DNA of 48,099 nucleotides, from positions 1 to 48,099 of the IMG/VR virus record IMGVR_UViG_3300038379_000130, one strand, 5' to 3'. Below, piece after piece: positions 44,761-48,099 of this stretch. This DNA comes from a virus. Its lineage: Duplodnaviria > Caudoviricetes. The position numbers were made by a program, and so were the translations under genes. Each line of letters begins with the position of its first letter. Within the stretch, counting starts at the first letter, position 1. Below the pieces are notes generated by a model that did not search any database, was not told the DNA's origin, and was given only the letters and a program-made list of their open reading frames with translations.

Positions 44761-45888
44761 TCACCGCCACTCCCCACAGACGGGCTCCGGCGGGGCGCCC
44801 GACGTCTTGCTCGGGTAGCGGTTGAGGGAGCAGAGCCGGCAGTCTCCGGTCCCGATCTCGAACATGACGGGGTTGCTCGGGTGTGGCGCACATGTCGCCC
44901 CGGCCCGCGACTCGAGTGCATAGCCTCCCGTGAGCCACAGCTCGATGGCGGCACGGTCGGCGTGCCCGTCCGGGCGCACCGGACAACTCGCCCGCGGCTG
45001 GCCGTCCGCGTAGGGCGACAGACCGATCGCCGCGCAGTATGGTTCGTTCCGGATCACGACGGCAGTGTTGTCGAGGTAACGGCCGACGTAGATGCTGGAG
45101 TTGAACTGCCACCGCGCGCGCCCGATCTCGTCGGAGCCCCAGCCGTCAGGCAGCGTCGCCGCGGTCCACGTCGGGTCCGGGCATGGTGCGACCGGGCAGG
45201 AGCCGGAAGGCGGTGGCGGCGACGGCGCTGCCCCGGCGTAGGTGTACCAGCCGTGGACCGTGAAGGCGCTGTCGGCCGTGATGAGGCACCCATTGCCGTA
45301 GTGGAACAGCTTGGCCGCGTTCCAGTCGTTCGACGCCGGCGCGCGGCGCACCCACAGGTGATCCTTCTTCTCGCCGTCCACGACCGCCTGACTCGCCGCG
45401 ATGCCGCGCCGCTGGAGCGCGTGCGCGATCAGCAGATACCCGTGGTCGATCGCGCTCGGCCCGCCGGCCATGCACCCACCGGACCACGCCGTCGGGCATG
45501 CCGTCTGCGCCTCGACCTCTGCGAGGAGGACCGCCTGCTTCCAGTCGCTCGGCAAGCTCTGGTCGGCGGCCACCGGCCACGCGGAAGCGGGGGCGGCAGG
45601 GGCCGAGAGGGCGGGCGCGAGCGTTGGCTGGCACTCGGTCGCCGGAGGCGCCGGAGGGACGGGCGGTGCCTCGCAAGGCGGCGCCTTCACGGGGCAGGCC
45701 TCGCCGGGCGGCTGGTGCTTGCACTCTCCGCAGCTCATGCCGGCCTCGTGGCACCACGGCACGCTGAGCTCTGGGCACGTCGGCCCCGGGGGCGGGGCGG
45801 GCGGGCGGGTCGGCAGCGACGAGCAGCCGGCAGCGCCTAGCACCACGCCGACGGTCCAGGCCCAGACGAAGCGCCAACGAGATGTCAT
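44761..45888 (-). CDS. Cys/Pro-rich lipoprotein
   Basis: Signal peptide ending LGAAGC; many Cys; YCAAIG...CPVRPDGHADR module. Confidence 0.75.
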   Translation of the reverse strand: MTSRWRFVWAWTVGVVLGAAGCSSLPTRPPAPPPGPTCPELSVPWCHEAGMSCGECKHQPPGEACPVKAPPCEAPPVPPAPPATECQPTLAPALSAPAAPASAWPVAADQSLPSDWKQAVLLAEVEAQTACPTAWSGGCMAGGPSAIDHGYLLIAHALQRRGIAASQAVVDGEKKDHLWVRRAPASNDWNAAKLFHYGNGCLITADSAFTVHGWYTYAGAAPSPPPPSGSCPVAPCPDPTWTAATLPDGWGSDEIGRARWQFNSSIYVGRYLDNTAVVIRNEPYCAAIGLSPYADGQPRASCPVRPDGHADRAAIELWLTGGYALESRAGATCAPHPSNPVMFEIGTGDCRLCSLNRYPSKTSGAPPEPVCGEWR

Positions 45889-46313
45889 CGCTCCCTCACC
45901 GGAGGCTCGATCTCGAGGCCTGGGATCTCGCGGACGACCATCACCGCCTCGTGCTCGCGGAGCTTGTACGAGTCGCGGATCGCGGCGGCGACGGCCGCAT
46001 TCGGATACGACGGGCCGATGTAGGAGCGCCGATCGGTGAGCTTGTCGAGGACCATCACGCGCCATCCCCTGCCGCGGGGCATCTCATGCGGCCCGCCGCA
46101 CCCGCTGCTCGCTCGGCTCTCGCTCCTCGGAGTGGCCGTTGTCCGTGATGCCGCCGCTCGGCGGCTTGGCCTGGAGGGGCGAGAGCCGAGCGAGCAGCGG
46201 GGCGGGGCGGCAGTCGGGCCCCGGGGATGAGGGGGCGCTGCCGGCGCGAGACAGCGTCACCGCCGCCCCGCCCTTCTGCGCGGCGATGAGGGCGCCGCCT
46301 TCCCTGCGGGGGA

Positions 46314-46769
46314 TCATCCGTCAAGCCTCCGCACGCCGAGGACGTCGCGTGCCGCGAAGCGCGACACGTTCACGCTGTCGGACTGGTTGCCTCCGAGAAT
46401 GAGCACGGCGGCCGTGCCGTCGAGGCCGGCGAAGAACCCGACATGGCCGGGAGCATCCAGGACCGCGGGCCCGGGCTGCGGCGCCTTGCCGCGCTTCAGG
46501 ACGACAACGTCGTTCTCGGGCTGGGCATCCTCGAGCGCGACCGGCGTGCCGACCCCGAGCCAGCTACGGGCGACGAGGGACTTGGAGCGCGGGAGCCGCA
46601 GCAGCCACGCGATCCAGTTCGCGAAGGCACTGCACCAAGGGACGGCGTCGTCCTTGGGCCACTTGGCGTCGAGCTGCAGCATCGCGAGGATGTGTGCGTT
46701 GCTCGCGACGCCTGAGACCTCGCGCAGGCCGACGAATCGCTGCGCTAGGCTGTACGCGGTGACCTCCAA
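46314..46769 (-). CDS. endolysin, TIGR02594/NlpC-P60-like peptidase
   Basis: DDAVPWCSAFANW...ARSWL...GHVGFF...LGGNQSDSV. Confidence 0.88.
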   Translation of the reverse strand: MEVTAYSLAQRFVGLREVSGVASNAHILAMLQLDAKWPKDDAVPWCSAFANWIAWLLRLPRSKSLVARSWLGVGTPVALEDAQPENDVVVLKRGKAPQPGPAVLDAPGHVGFFAGLDGTAAVLILGGNQSDSVNVSRFAARDVLGVRRLDG

Positions 46770-46902
46770 CCTCGGACCCCCTTTGCCGATGCGCTGGCCG
46801 ATCAGGTACGAGGTGGGGCTTGTCAGACGCTGGCCACCGGCCCTCCGGGGGCGACGATCCCGGCAGAAGGGCTTACGACTGCGCCAAGTCTAGCACCCTA
46901 AG

Positions 46903-47067
46903 TCAAGCCCGGCGCCCCATGTAGATACCGACGAGACTCACGTTTCGCTTGCCGCAGCGTCGGCAGACTCGGACGAGCCACGCACCACGAGACGACCACT
47001 CGACTACGCGCCAACCGCGAAACCAGCATCGCCAACCATGCGGGGAGTCGATCATCTGCTCGCTCAT
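46903..47067 (-). CDS. small hypothetical protein
   Basis: CWFRG...CRRCG; ATGA-coupled. Confidence 0.45.
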   Translation of the reverse strand: MSEQMIDSPHGWRCWFRGWRVVEWSSRGAWLVRVCRRCGKRNVSLVGIYMGRRA

Positions 47068-47269
47068 CGTGATCCCCCAGCCTGAGATTGGCCGAGCGCA
47101 GCCGCCAGCTCGGACGCCGTGATCCCCTCGAGTTTTCCCATCGTACACCGCAGCGTGCCCGCCCGGTCGCTCGCGATCCGGAAGTCTACTGCTGCCGGCG
47201 CCCGGTGCTGGACCAGCCACACCGCCGCCGCGAACTCGCGCAGCACCTCCGGCGAGATGGGGCGGTCGG

Positions 47270-47566
47270 TCAGGGCTTCGCCTCTCGGGTGGCGCGGGCC
47301 TCGGCCAGAACCGCCTGCACGCTGTTCAGACCCGGGTTGATCGGCCCGTCGGTGGCGTCCTCCGCGATCTCCAACAGCAGCCTCCGCAGGCGCTCCACCT
47401 CGCGGGTCAGGCGCTCGTGCGAGGAGAGGAGCGTCATGACGTGAGCGGCTGTCTCAGTACACGAAACAGGCTCGTACTCGCCGGGAAACTCGTCGTGATG
47501 GGACTCGTCCACAAACCGTTGCAGCCTCACCTTCGCCTGCTCCACGTCGCTCTCGGGAGCGGCCAT
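47270..47566 (-). CDS. hypothetical protein
   Basis: 98 aa, MAAPESDV...; TGATG coupling. Confidence 0.6.
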   Translation of the reverse strand: MAAPESDVEQAKVRLQRFVDESHHDEFPGEYEPVSCTETAAHVMTLLSSHERLTREVERLRRLLLEIAEDATDGPINPGLNSVQAVLAEARATREAKP

Positions 47567-47856
47567 CACCACTCCGTCGAGGCCAGGAAGCCCGGCCCGC
47601 TCTCTCGCGCCCATTCGCCGCACGTTCGCCGCTGTTTCTCGGAGCCCTTCGGCGCGTCCTCGTAGTTGATCGTGAACGGCTTGTCGTCAGGCCACTGCTT
47701 GACCGTCGGGGCCGGGTAGTTCGCAAGTGTGAACTCGTCGCGGTCGCTCTCCCGCCAGAGGTGCTCGGCTTCCTCGGCGCTGTGCGCCACCACAAGATCG
47801 GCATCCTCGATGAAGAACACGTGCAGCACGTCGCTCTCGGGGGCGGGGCGGGTCAT
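47566..47856 (-). CDS. hypothetical protein
   Basis: 96 aa, ends GFLASTEW; ATGA coupling. Confidence 0.65.
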   Translation of the reverse strand: MTRPAPESDVLHVFFIEDADLVVAHSAEEAEHLWRESDRDEFTLANYPAPTVKQWPDDKPFTINYEDAPKGSEKQRRTCGEWARESGPGFLASTEW

Positions 47857-48099
47857 CGGTTCTCTCCCTTCTCGCGGGCGGCGGCGAGGGCGGCGCGAGC
47901 AACAAGCCCAGCCTCCTGACACGAATCGCAGCACGTATTTGTGGCAATACTGCGTAGCGCCTCCATCGCCTTCGCCAGCTTGGCCTCGTCCTGCTCGGCG
48001 CGCTCTTTCTCGGCCAGGTATTGCTCGCCCAGCCTGTACTTGTCGCGTATCAGATCCACTCGCTCCCGCGTTAACTCCTCGACCTCGGCGCGGAGGGCG
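47853..48099 (-). CDS. hypothetical coiled-coil protein, 5' truncated
   Basis: Frame is open to the window end; CCDSCQEA. Confidence 0.55.
   Translation of the reverse strand, partial: ALRAEVEELTRERVDLIRDKYRLGEQYLAEKERAEQDEAKLAKAMEALRSIATNTCCDSCQEAGLVARAALAAAREKGENR

Noticed and set aside
46886-46897. TGC-TAGACT as an extended -10 late promoter (GCTAGACT also near 29436)
   Set aside because: Only two short matches and no consistent -35; too weak to call.

Overview
High-GC, nearly complete tailed-phage (siphovirus-like) genome segment, almost all on the minus strand. Reading the minus strand from the right end: small genes, lysis/membrane genes (TIGR02594-type endolysin, Cys-rich lipoprotein, holin-like ORFs), an ~8 kb block of virion accessory proteins, terminase small and large subunits, DUF4055-type portal, split MuF-like minor head protein, scaffold, P22-coat-type capsid, head-tail proteins, two paralogous tail-tube-like genes, tail chaperones with a -1 frameshift, tape measure and three tail-tip genes (to ~15150). 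Then come a control region (12.3-15.1 kb) and an early region with recombination genes, a helicase, two DNA methyltransferases, a DUF1376 replication protein and small genes. No integrase, tRNA or CRISPR array was seen. The most striking element is at 8778-10148: a stand-alone Cas7/RAMP-like gene and a partner gene, interleaved with three non-coding arrays of GGY-NN pentamers that share a conserved 3' tail. This is a candidate RNA-guided system without CRISPR repeats. Also notable: a C5 methyltransferase with a nested out-of-frame second subunit, and a MuF gene split by a YkgJ-type gene. All family calls come from motif recognition by eye, not from database searches.
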